A stretch of DNA of 12,980 nucleotides from the NCBI GenBank assembly GCA_913020725.1, contig CAJWCD010000106.1:1-12980 (forward strand), written 5' to 3'. Each line of letters opens with the position of its first letter. Within the stretch, counting starts at the first letter, position 1. The notes below the pieces were generated by a model. That model had not been told where the DNA came from and made no database searches. It saw nothing but the letters and a program-made list of their open reading frames with translations. The translations under genes and the position numbers were made by a program. Below, piece after piece: positions 1 to 7,628 of the stretch. The stretch comes from an uncultured Pseudomonadota bacterium (GTDB lineage Bacteria; SAR324; NAC60-12).

Positions 1-2
1 AC

Positions 3-323
3 GGATTCTTCGCAATGGCCGAATTACTGCGCAACTCCGCTTCTAGAATGAAGGGCCGTGCCCTGACTGGACCGCTTGGGTACGAGCAGATTCCGGAACT
101 CGCCGAACGCGGCAAGGTGCGCTTGCAGCACTTTCTGGAAGGGGTGGATGCTCTGATTGGCGAAAAGCCGTTTGTCGCGGGAGAAACTTTCTCGGTGGCC
201 GACATTGACCTGCTCGTGCTGGTGGACTTTGCCAAGTGGCGCAAGCTACAGCTTCCGGAAGACGCCAAAAATGCACAACGATGGCATGAGGCCGTCAGTG
301 CCCGTCCGAGCACGAAGCTTTAG
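3..323 (+). CDS. Glutathione S-transferase family protein, C-terminal part (5'-truncated by the window edge)
   Basis: Frame is open from position 3 (GFFAMAELLRNS...) to TAG at 321-323. GST C-terminal helical motif 'FVAGETFSVADIDLLVLVDF' and ending 'NAQRWHEAVSARPS'. The ATG at 15 is most likely internal. Confidence 0.88.
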   Translation, partial: GFFAMAELLRNSASRMKGRALTGPLGYEQIPELAERGKVRLQHFLEGVDALIGEKPFVAGETFSVADIDLLVLVDFAKWRKLQLPEDAKNAQRWHEAVSARPSTKL

Positions 324-1516
324 GACGCGAGAGGTGTGTGCTTTTGCCGGACGTTGAACAGCGCGAGCAAAAAGGCGATGAATCCCAGCAGGATAATCAT
401 CAGGGCGGTTTCCAGCACCAGATCATAGCCCCCCCACTGCCAAAGCTGTGAGGCCAGCAAGGGGGCCAGCGCGAACCCTCCCATGTACCCGACCGTCATC
501 GCCCCACTGATGCTCCCAAAACCTTCACGTCCTAAAATGTTAGCTGTCACGACGGGACGGGTGATGCTCGTCACGCCATAACCGGAGCCGTGGACCGCAA
601 CGAAGACAAAGACCAACGCCGGACTTGCAGCTGCGAAAACGAGGGCGAGGACCCCCACAAGGATGAACAGGAACGAAGTGGCGCAGACGGTGTTCATGGA
701 GACATGCCGCTCGGCGAACATCATCGCCAGCCGCCCCGCCACCTGCATGGGGCCGATCAAGGAGGCCGCCAAGACCGCAAGCCCGACGGGAACATTGCGC
801 TCCGCCAACAACGGCAGCAGGTGAAAAATGAGGAAACCGTGTCCGACGGAGATGCTCGTGAAGGCGCAGGTGAGCAGCCAGAATTCCGTTTTGGCGAGGG
901 CGGTTTTCAGTGGACCTTTTGACGGTGTCTCCTGCTCCAGTCGAGCAAGATTTCCCGTAGTTTTTTCTGCTCCGGTTGCAATCCAGAACAACGGCACTGC
1001 CACCAGCAGAATCAACACCGCGAAGGTGGTGGTGGCTCCTCGCCAGCCCACCCAGCCGGCAACGAGGTTTGCAGTTGGAAACGAGACGGTTCCGGCAAAG
1101 CCCGCCACCAAGGTGATCAGCGTGATTGCACGTTTGGCCTCTGCTCCGCGAATCCGGGTCACAAACGCAAAGCAGGGTTCGTAAAGACAGCCTGACATCG
1201 CCAATCCCACCACCAGCCAAGCCGCGAAAAAGAATCGGTATTGCTCAATCAGGCCGATGGCTCCAATCGTCACTCCGCCAAGCAACGCCGATCCGACCAA
1301 CATGGCTCGCCCGTGGCCTTGATCAATCAGATGACCTGCCAACGGAGCCGTGCATGCAGAGACGATCACTGCGGAGGTGAACGCCGCAGAGAGTGCGCTT
1401 TTTGACCAGCCGAGGTCCGTTTCCCAATGGACCACCAAGGCGGGGAAGAGGTAGAGCAACCCAGCCCAAACCAAGGTTTCGGCAAGGGCAAGCAGCCAGA
1501 TGGGGCGGTTGGACAT
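320..1516 (-). CDS. Major facilitator superfamily transporter (398 aa, about 12 TM helices), substrate unknown
   Basis: About 12 hydrophobic segments; MFS motif A-like 'AGHLIDQGHGR' and a C-terminal-half 'GREGFGSISG' segment. Stop overlaps the convergent GST stop at 320-323. Confidence 0.9.
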   Translation of the reverse strand: MSNRPIWLLALAETLVWAGLLYLFPALVVHWETDLGWSKSALSAAFTSAVIVSACTAPLAGHLIDQGHGRAMLVGSALLGGVTIGAIGLIEQYRFFFAAWLVVGLAMSGCLYEPCFAFVTRIRGAEAKRAITLITLVAGFAGTVSFPTANLVAGWVGWRGATTTFAVLILLVAVPLFWIATGAEKTTGNLARLEQETPSKGPLKTALAKTEFWLLTCAFTSISVGHGFLIFHLLPLLAERNVPVGLAVLAASLIGPMQVAGRLAMMFAERHVSMNTVCATSFLFILVGVLALVFAAASPALVFVFVAVHGSGYGVTSITRPVVTANILGREGFGSISGAMTVGYMGGFALAPLLASQLWQWGGYDLVLETALMIILLGFIAFLLALFNVRQKHTPLAS

Positions 1517-1742
1517 GCTCAGTACAGTGCTATAGCAGGGTGATCACTCATGCCGTCATTTTCTTATGCCATTGCCGTCGTCGTACATGTTGCATTTCGG
1601 GGCGCTCATCCGGGAGTTCCTTGAGTGTGAGGAAAACCACAGACTACCTCATCCAACCAGAGAGTACAGGAAACATTGACCACTCCGGCAGAAACTGCAA
1701 CGCTGTCTTTGCAGAAGCAGGCTCAGCAACCCAACCCAATCC

Positions 1743-3002
1743 ATGACGCAAGGCCCCATCACCTACTGGTTTCAAAATTTGCTGCGAGTGCAGGAGTTGC
1801 CGGAATCCGTCGTGTTAGCGGTGGCGCAGGGCTTGGCGTTGCTCGTCCTCGTGCTGCTGGCGTGGGTCACGCACCTTGTGGCGCAGCGCGGGGTGGTGCG
1901 GGCGATCCGGAGTTTAATCAAGCGCACCCGCAATCAGCGCGACGACCTGCTCTTGCAGCATGGAGTCTTCCGGAGGACAGCGCGACTCACGCCCTTTGTC
2001 GTGCTCTTCATCACCCTCCCGTTGGCCCTGCCCACCGAATCCCTACCCTTCGTGGTCCTACGGGGGCTGCTCCAGATCGTGATGGTGTTGCTGCTCGCCT
2101 TTGCGCTGGACGCAGTCGTCAACACGCTTCATGACGTCTATCGGGGTCTCCCAATCGCCCACCGCATTCCGGGACAGAGCTTCGTGCAGGTTTTCAAGCT
2201 GCTGCTCTATTTCATCGCAGGTGTGTTTGTCATCGCCATCGCACTCGACAAAACTCCGCTCTACCTGCTCAGCGGACTCGGCGCCCTCACGGCGGTGCTG
2301 TTGCTCGTCTTCAAGGACACGGTGTTGGGGTTTGTCGCGGGCATCCAACTCATCGCGAATCGCATGATCGCCCCCGGAGACTGGATCGAGATGGGACAGT
2401 ACGGCGCGGACGGAGACGTGCTGGAGGTGGGACTTAACACGGTGAAGGTGCAGAACTGGGACATGACGATCACCACGATCCCAACCTACGCCCTCATCAG
2501 CGAAGCCTTCCGCAACTGGCGGGGCATGAACGAGTCCGGAGGTCGCCGCCTCAAACGCTCGGTGCGCATCGACGTTCACAGTGTGTGCTTCTGCGATGAA
2601 GAAATGCTGGGGCGCTTTGCAAAAATCCGTTTCATCGCCGACTACATCGCCCGCAAAAATCAGGAAGTCGAGGATTTTAACGTTGCAAATCCTGACTCCG
2701 GAATCCCCGCCAACCGACGACGCCTCACCAACCTTGGCACCTTCCGGGCCTACGTCGAGGGCTTCCTGCGCAACCATCCCAAGATTCACCAAGAGATGAC
2801 GCTGATGGTGCGGCAGTTGCCCTCAGACGGGCAGGGGGTGCCGATCGAGATTTATGCTTTCAGCAATGACACGGCATGGGCAACGTATGAGGGCATCATG
2901 GCCGACATCTTTGATCACCTGTTGGCGATCATCCCGGAGTTTGACCTGCGTGTCTTTCAGGAACCCACTGGGGGCGATTTCCGCCGCTGGGCCGCTTCCT
3001 GA
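1743..3002 (+). CDS. Mechanosensitive ion channel, MscS family (YbdG/miniconductance-like)
   Basis: 419 aa with N-terminal TM helices and motifs 'LSGLGALTAVLLLVFKDTVLGFVAGIQL', 'GDWIEM..YGADGDV.EVGLNTVKVQNWD.TITTIPTY', 'NWRGM.ESGGRR.KRS', 'LTNLGTFRAY' and 'MTLMVRQL', all typical of the YbdG-like MscS subgroup. Confidence 0.95.
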   Translation: MTQGPITYWFQNLLRVQELPESVVLAVAQGLALLVLVLLAWVTHLVAQRGVVRAIRSLIKRTRNQRDDLLLQHGVFRRTARLTPFVVLFITLPLALPTESLPFVVLRGLLQIVMVLLLAFALDAVVNTLHDVYRGLPIAHRIPGQSFVQVFKLLLYFIAGVFVIAIALDKTPLYLLSGLGALTAVLLLVFKDTVLGFVAGIQLIANRMIAPGDWIEMGQYGADGDVLEVGLNTVKVQNWDMTITTIPTYALISEAFRNWRGMNESGGRRLKRSVRIDVHSVCFCDEEMLGRFAKIRFIADYIARKNQEVEDFNVANPDSGIPANRRRLTNLGTFRAYVEGFLRNHPKIHQEMTLMVRQLPSDGQGVPIEIYAFSNDTAWATYEGIMADIFDHLLAIIPEFDLRVFQEPTGGDFRRWAAS

Positions 3003-3046
3003 AAAATTCCGTTCCGCGCCATGCTTCGTGGAACAGCCCTTGCTCT

Positions 3047-3076
3047 AAGTTCATGCGGGGACCACCCCCGCAACTT
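3047..3076 (+). terminator. GC-rich hairpin downstream of the mscS-like gene (possible terminator or leader element)
   Basis: AAGTT-cat-GCGGGG-accac-CCCCGC-AACTT. Only a short T run follows, so an intrinsic terminator role is uncertain. Confidence 0.35.
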
Positions 3077-3109
3077 TACTCGACGAAACCCACATTTCAC
3101 GGAGCGTGA

Positions 3110-3265
3110 ATGTCCGCACAGATTGAAATCGAAGCCCGCAAAATCGTCCGGCACATGGTCAACCAAGGTGTCTGGGGCCTGCACATGGAAGCCTCGCTGG
3201 TCGCACAGTTGATCCAGTATCCGGAACTGTTGCAACACTATCGTGACATGGTCACGACTCCCTAA
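3110..3265 (+). CDS. Small hypothetical protein, 51 aa (MSAQIEIEARKIVRHMVNQGVWGLHMEASLVAQLIQYPELLQHYRDMVTTP), not in the ORF track
   Basis: ATG 3110-3112, TAA 3263-3265, GGAG Shine-Dalgarno at 3101-3104 (5 nt before ATG). Fits the gap between two genes without overlap; codon usage and amphipathic-helix pattern look like a real protein. Confidence 0.6.
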   Translation: MSAQIEIEARKIVRHMVNQGVWGLHMEASLVAQLIQYPELLQHYRDMVTTP

Positions 3266-3308
3266 AACCCTCAATGATCCGGAGGGGAGGTGCTTGCCGT
3301 CGCCGTCG

Positions 3309-3824
3309 CTACTCCCTCCGTGCAAAGCGCACCTGCCAGAATCCGGCGACATCCCGATCCAGTCGGTAGTCCACCTCCCACTCCTGTTTGTCGCTCAAGA
3401 GCAAAATGCCGTAGCACTTGCGGGATTGTGGAGCTTTTGCTCCGGGATGCTCTCCGCTCGCCAACACACTGGCGAGGGAAATCCTGTGATCCAACGCAAA
3501 GGCGGAATCGTCAAAGGCGAGGCTCAGCAATTCGGCAGTGACCGGATCCCCGCATTCCGGGACGCGCAGCGACCACCACCACGCGCCCAGTCCGCCGACC
3601 ATGCCCAGCACTCCCAACACCGCCAGCGTCCAGACGGTTTTCCTGCGCCACCACGGCAACCGCAATTCCACCCCGCATTCCGGACAAATCCGGGAACCCA
3701 GCGCAACCTCCGCCCGGCATTTTGGGCACGGCAAGGTGCCCTGCTCCTTGATGCCCTGAAGTTCCCGGTAGGCGGTTGGGTTGCGGTGGTAGAAGCGCTG
3801 TGCCCGCTTGGAGAGTTTGTCCAC
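3309..3824 (-). CDS. Hypothetical single-pass membrane protein with N-terminal zinc ribbon (171 aa)
   Basis: CPKC-x10-CPECG ribbon, then a basic/Trp patch and TM helix (VWTLAVLGVLGMVGGLGAWWW), then a C-terminal domain with 2 Cys. GTG start lies 2 nt after the upstream stop. Confidence 0.72.
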   Translation of the reverse strand: MDKLSKRAQRFYHRNPTAYRELQGIKEQGTLPCPKCRAEVALGSRICPECGVELRLPWWRRKTVWTLAVLGVLGMVGGLGAWWWSLRVPECGDPVTAELLSLAFDDSAFALDHRISLASVLASGEHPGAKAPQSRKCYGILLLSDKQEWEVDYRLDRDVAGFWQVRFARRE

Positions 3825-3826
3825 GC

Positions 3827-4249
3827 TTAGCTTCCGAAACGGTCGGGACGCCGATCTGGATCGAATTCACAGCGCGAATCCCAATCCGTCTTGGAGGCGC
3901 AGGGGGTCACTCCAGAGCCAAAATTGCACGAGTAGGTTTCGCCAACCCTCAGGTGGGTTGGCAGGGGCACTTGGTAGGACCGTTGATCAGCAAAAACGGC
4001 GACAATGCCCCACGATTCCACTTGGAAGCGCAGCAGTCTGCGCTTGCGAGAGGGCGAAACGTATTCCCAGTACGGCTCCTGAAAAACGAGGGTGCAGACT
4101 TCCCGGATATGCTGAGCAATCTCGGTGGGGTAGTGCAGAGTGGTGTTTGAACTCGGAGTCGGTGTGCAAGCGGCCAGGCCAAGAATCAGCAACCCTCCAA
4201 TAAAAATCAGGCTGATTCGGAAGGGTTTTGCCGCCTGAGACGCATTCAC
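3827..4249 (-). CDS. Hypothetical lipoprotein (140 aa)
   Basis: Basic N-terminus, hydrophobic core, lipobox 'LAAC' followed by a T/P/S linker; four further Cys. GTGA start/stop overlap with the acyl-CoA synthetase at 4246-4249. Confidence 0.7.
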   Translation of the reverse strand: MNASQAAKPFRISLIFIGGLLILGLAACTPTPSSNTTLHYPTEIAQHIREVCTLVFQEPYWEYVSPSRKRRLLRFQVESWGIVAVFADQRSYQVPLPTHLRVGETYSCNFGSGVTPCASKTDWDSRCEFDPDRRPDRFGS

Positions 4250-5829
4250 GGTCCAGCCTCCTTGTCCAGATCGCCCCTTTCGTACAACTGTGTGCGAATC
4301 AGGTGTTTGGGCACCTTGCCATAACCGGACTTGGGGAGTTCATCCCAGAAAAAATAGCACTGCGGTTGTTTGTAGCGGGCCAGCCGATCCTGTAGGAACC
4401 CAGACAGTTCTTCCGCACTCGCCTCTTCCTCTGTTGAGACGATCACGGCCACTCCAGATTCCCCCCACTTGGGATCAGGAACGCCCAAGACCGCGACCTC
4501 GGAAACACCGGGGTGCGTGAGCAACACCTCCTCGATTTCACGTGGATAGACATTGGCCCCACCTGAAATGTACATGTCCTTGGCGCGTCCGGTGATGTAC
4601 ACAAATCCTGCCTCGTCCACGCGCCCCAAATCTCCGGTGAGGAACCAGCCGTCCTTGAAAACTTCCGCATTTGCGTTATCGTTTTGCCAATATCCTGTCA
4701 TCACTGCTGGTCCTTTTACGCAAATTTCTCCCTGCTGACCCGGCGCGAGCATATGTCCTTCCGGGCTGCGGATGCCGATTTCCATGCCCATCCGAGGCAG
4801 GCCGCAGGTGCCCGGACGCATATTGGGGTTGTCCTCATCAACGATGTAGTGTTCCGGAGGCAGCATCGTGATGTTACCCGTCACCTCGCCCAAACCGTAG
4901 TATTCGATCACCACCGGGCCGAGTTTTTTCAGCGTGGTTTTCTGATCCTCCAGATACATCGGCGCTCCGGCGTGGATCACATGGCGCAGCGAGGAATGGT
5001 CGTACTGATCCACTGCCGGATGCTCAACCATGATCTTGAGAATCGTCGGCACGGTGAACATGTTGGAAATGCGCTGCTTTTCCACCAGTTGCCAGACCTC
5101 TTCGGCATCCAATCCTTGTCCGGACAGCAGCACCGTTTTGGCGCGCCGTGCGACTTGCGGCAAATAGTGACAACCCGCCCCGTGACTGAGTGGGGCAACC
5201 ACCAGCGAAGCATCGTCCTTGTTGAGTCCGGGCATCAAATCGGCGGCAAAGTTGTTGACCACAAAGGCCAACTGTCCATGCGTCAGTGTCGCACCCTTGG
5301 GCCTCCCGGTCGTTCCGGAGGTGTAAAACAGCCAGCAGGGGTCTTCGTAGGCGACCGGAACTTCGGTTCGTGCTGCCCCCTTGTGGGCCGCCACCAACTC
5401 GTCGTAGGTGACGGCTCCGTCGTGTGATCCTCCGGCAACGATGAGGTGCTGAAGTCCGACACTTGCTGATTTGGCCGCTTCGGCATGTCTACAGAATTCA
5501 TGTTCAAACAGGAAGGCCCGCGCCCCGGAATTTTCGGCGAGGTAGACAATTTCCGGAGGAGTGAGTCGGAAGTTGGCGGGCACCCAAACACAGCCGGCTT
5601 TGAAGATGCCCCACAAGCTTTCGATCAGTTCCCGACTGTTGCGGGACTGCACCAGCACCCGGTCGCCCTTTTTCACATCAAGGGTGTGCAGTGCGTCCCG
5701 GAAGGCATTGGCGCGGGTATCCAACTCGGCCCACGTCCACGATTGCTCTCCGTGGATCAGGCCGATTTCGTCGGGATCCAGCCGGGCGGTGTCCGACAGC
5801 AACCGACCCAAGTTCATGGCACTGATCAT
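4246..5829 (-). CDS. Acyl-CoA synthetase / AMP-binding (ANL superfamily) ligase, 527 aa (alternative start at 5817)
   Basis: A3 motif 'YTSGTTGRPKG', A5-like 'YYGLGE', 'GEICVKGPAVMTGYW', 'TGDLG', 'ITGRAKDMYISGGANVYPREIE', A10-like 'LPKSGYGKV'. Confidence 0.95.
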   Translation of the reverse strand: MISAMNLGRLLSDTARLDPDEIGLIHGEQSWTWAELDTRANAFRDALHTLDVKKGDRVLVQSRNSRELIESLWGIFKAGCVWVPANFRLTPPEIVYLAENSGARAFLFEHEFCRHAEAAKSASVGLQHLIVAGGSHDGAVTYDELVAAHKGAARTEVPVAYEDPCWLFYTSGTTGRPKGATLTHGQLAFVVNNFAADLMPGLNKDDASLVVAPLSHGAGCHYLPQVARRAKTVLLSGQGLDAEEVWQLVEKQRISNMFTVPTILKIMVEHPAVDQYDHSSLRHVIHAGAPMYLEDQKTTLKKLGPVVIEYYGLGEVTGNITMLPPEHYIVDEDNPNMRPGTCGLPRMGMEIGIRSPEGHMLAPGQQGEICVKGPAVMTGYWQNDNANAEVFKDGWFLTGDLGRVDEAGFVYITGRAKDMYISGGANVYPREIEEVLLTHPGVSEVAVLGVPDPKWGESGVAVIVSTEEEASAEELSGFLQDRLARYKQPQCYFFWDELPKSGYGKVPKHLIRTQLYERGDLDKEAGP

Positions 5830-5838
5830 GACCCCACT

Positions 5839-7005
5839 CTAACGCAACGGTTCCAGAATCGAGACATAGTTGGCGACCGCTGCTCCGCCCATGTTGAAGA
5901 CTCCGCCCAATTCGGCGCCATCCACCTGACAACCTCCGGCCTCTCCTGTGAGTTGCATTGCCGCCATGACGTGCATGGAAACGCCCGTCGCTCCCACCGG
6001 ATGCCCCTTGGCCTTGAGTCCACCGGACGGGTTGACCGGCAGCTTACCGTCCTTTTGCGTCCAGCCCTCCTGCACGGCTCGCGCTCCCTGCCCGGCTTCG
6101 GTCAAGCCCATCGCTTCGTACTCGATCAACTCCGCAATGGTGAAGCAGTCGTGGGTTTCCACAAACGAGAGGTCGTCCAATCCCAGTTTGGCATCCTCCA
6201 AAGCCCGTGCCCACGCGACTTTCGGCCCCTCGAAGCTGACGATGTCCCGCCGAGAGATGGGCAGGAAATCGTTGACTTGCATGGTGGTCCGGAGCATGAC
6301 CGCCTTTTTCGCGTTTTTGGAGGCATCCGGAACCGAGAGCACCAACGCCGCCGCGCCATCGGAAATCATCGAGCAGTCTGTGCGCTTCAAGGGCGGTGCG
6401 ACAAACGGATTCTTGTCCGACGGATTGCGGCAGAACTCGTAGCCCAAGTCTTTTTGGACATGCGCAAGCGGATTGACCGAACCGTTCTTGTGATTCTTGG
6501 CGGCAATCATTGCCAGCGCATCGCTTTGGTCCCCGTAGCGTTGAAAGTAGCCTTGTGCGATCTTGCCGAAAATTCCCGGAAAGGTCATGCCCTCACGGGC
6601 TTCCTCGGCCACATAGGATGCCCGCACCAGCGACTTGCCCACGGTCGCCGTGTCACAGGCGGTCATCTTCTCCACGCCCACGCAGAGGACGTGACGGGCA
6701 CTCCCGGACTTGATCGCGTTGAGTCCCTGATAAATTGCCGCCGAGCCGGTCGCGCAGGCGTTTTCCACCCGCGTCACGGGTTTGAAGCGCAGAGCATCGT
6801 CTGCTTGTAAAACCAAGGCCCCCGGAAATTCTTGCGGAGACATGCCAGCGTTGAAGGTGCCGAGGTAGATGGCATCGATGGCCTCCGCTTCCAAGTTCGC
6901 GTCCGCAATGGCCTCGCGGACCACCCGAACAATTAACGATTCCGAATCCTCGCCGTCTAGGCGTCCAAAACGCGTGTGCGCCCAACCCGTGATACATGCG
7001 GTCAT
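5839..7005 (-). CDS. Acetyl-CoA acetyltransferase / thiolase of the SCP2 (SCP-x)-like subfamily, 388 aa
   Basis: 'RVENACATGS' (nucleophilic Cys), 'GVEKM', 'DCSMISDGAAA', 'ETHDCFT' (HDCF signature of SCP2-type thiolases), 'VNPSGGLKAKGHPVGATG', 'FNMGG'. Confidence 0.95.
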   Translation of the reverse strand: MTACITGWAHTRFGRLDGEDSESLIVRVVREAIADANLEAEAIDAIYLGTFNAGMSPQEFPGALVLQADDALRFKPVTRVENACATGSAAIYQGLNAIKSGSARHVLCVGVEKMTACDTATVGKSLVRASYVAEEAREGMTFPGIFGKIAQGYFQRYGDQSDALAMIAAKNHKNGSVNPLAHVQKDLGYEFCRNPSDKNPFVAPPLKRTDCSMISDGAAALVLSVPDASKNAKKAVMLRTTMQVNDFLPISRRDIVSFEGPKVAWARALEDAKLGLDDLSFVETHDCFTIAELIEYEAMGLTEAGQGARAVQEGWTQKDGKLPVNPSGGLKAKGHPVGATGVSMHVMAAMQLTGEAGGCQVDGAELGGVFNMGGAAVANYVSILEPLR

Positions 7006-7053
7006 GGTGATTTGCTTTGTGGGGGTGTTGGAAAAATTGGGGTGAAATGAGAA

Positions 7054-7301
7054 TCAGAGCAGTTTCACAAGTACAGCGATCAGTCCGGTTTGCAAAAGCA
7101 GCATGACAGCAATTGATTGAATGATGTCCACCCTAAACTTGACGAGATCACGGCAAACTGCGGAACACTCCCCTTTCGTAAGGTTCTCGAGCCGATTAAA
7201 GCGGTTTTCGTTAGTTGCAAGCGTCTCTGCTGCTTTGCGTGACTTCTCTTCCGATGCCCCTGCCTCAGCGCGTCATAGGCCTCGACAGTCATCGTACTCA
7301 T
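7054..7301 (-). pseudogene. Frameshifted DUF1640/CCDC90-like small coiled-coil membrane protein (about 82 aa if repaired)
   Basis: SD GAGGAGG at 7312-7306 and ATG at 7301 give MSTMTVEAYDALRQ. The -1 frame from about 7266 reads EAGASEEKSRKAAETLATNENRFNRLENLTKGECSAVCRDLVKFRVDIIQSIAVMLLLQTGLIAVLVKLL-TGA (7056-7054). The head/coiled-coil/C-terminal TM layout matches my recollection of this family. Confidence 0.7.
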
Positions 7302-7374
7302 GAAACCTCCTCAGAAGGTATTGATCTCGCAGTCAAAATTTTTCTGAAAACCGATCTTCTGTTTGGAAAAATGC

Positions 7375-7459
<85 letters not shown>

Positions 7460-7528
7460 CCACAATCCAGCTTCCAGAAGAGATTGCCCCGCAAGCTGAA
7501 CCTTGTGTATTCAACCCAAAATCAGCGG

Positions 7529-7550
7529 CACAAGCAAGGTGATGCTTGTG
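7529..7550. promoter_or_regulatory. Perfect 8-bp inverted repeat in the divergent tRNA/efflux-pump intergenic region (candidate operator or hairpin)
   Basis: CACAAGCA-aggtga-TGCTTGTG. Confidence 0.4.
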
Positions 7551-7628
7551 AAGAGTGCCATCTTCAGGAACAATGATTTGTGAAACCTGCGGATCTTCCA
7601 ACCCGTAAAACGATCATGGATTCTCAAT

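Noticed and set aside
2058..2792. 244-aa minus-strand ORF
   Set aside because: Antisense shadow of the well-supported MscS-family gene.
2957..3352. 131-aa minus-strand ORF
   Set aside because: Overlaps both flanking genes and is antisense to the better supported SD-led 51-aa ORF.
3309..3824. DUF35 (Zn-ribbon/OB-fold) partner of the SCP2-like thiolase
   Set aside because: The ribbon is followed by a TM helix and an extracytoplasmic domain, not an OB fold.
5485..6810. 441-aa plus-strand ORF (also 4684-5427)
   Set aside because: Antisense shadow of the thiolase and acyl-CoA synthetase; no motifs; expected from GC-rich codon bias.
7080..7301. 73-aa ORF as an intact basic peptide
   Set aside because: The -1 frame gives a far more protein-like continuation with a C-terminal TM helix; treated as a frameshifted gene.
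7338..7372. Terminator after the tRNA (ATTTTTC...GAAAAAT outer repeat)
   Set aside because: Stem is AT-rich and badly mismatched internally; too weak to call.
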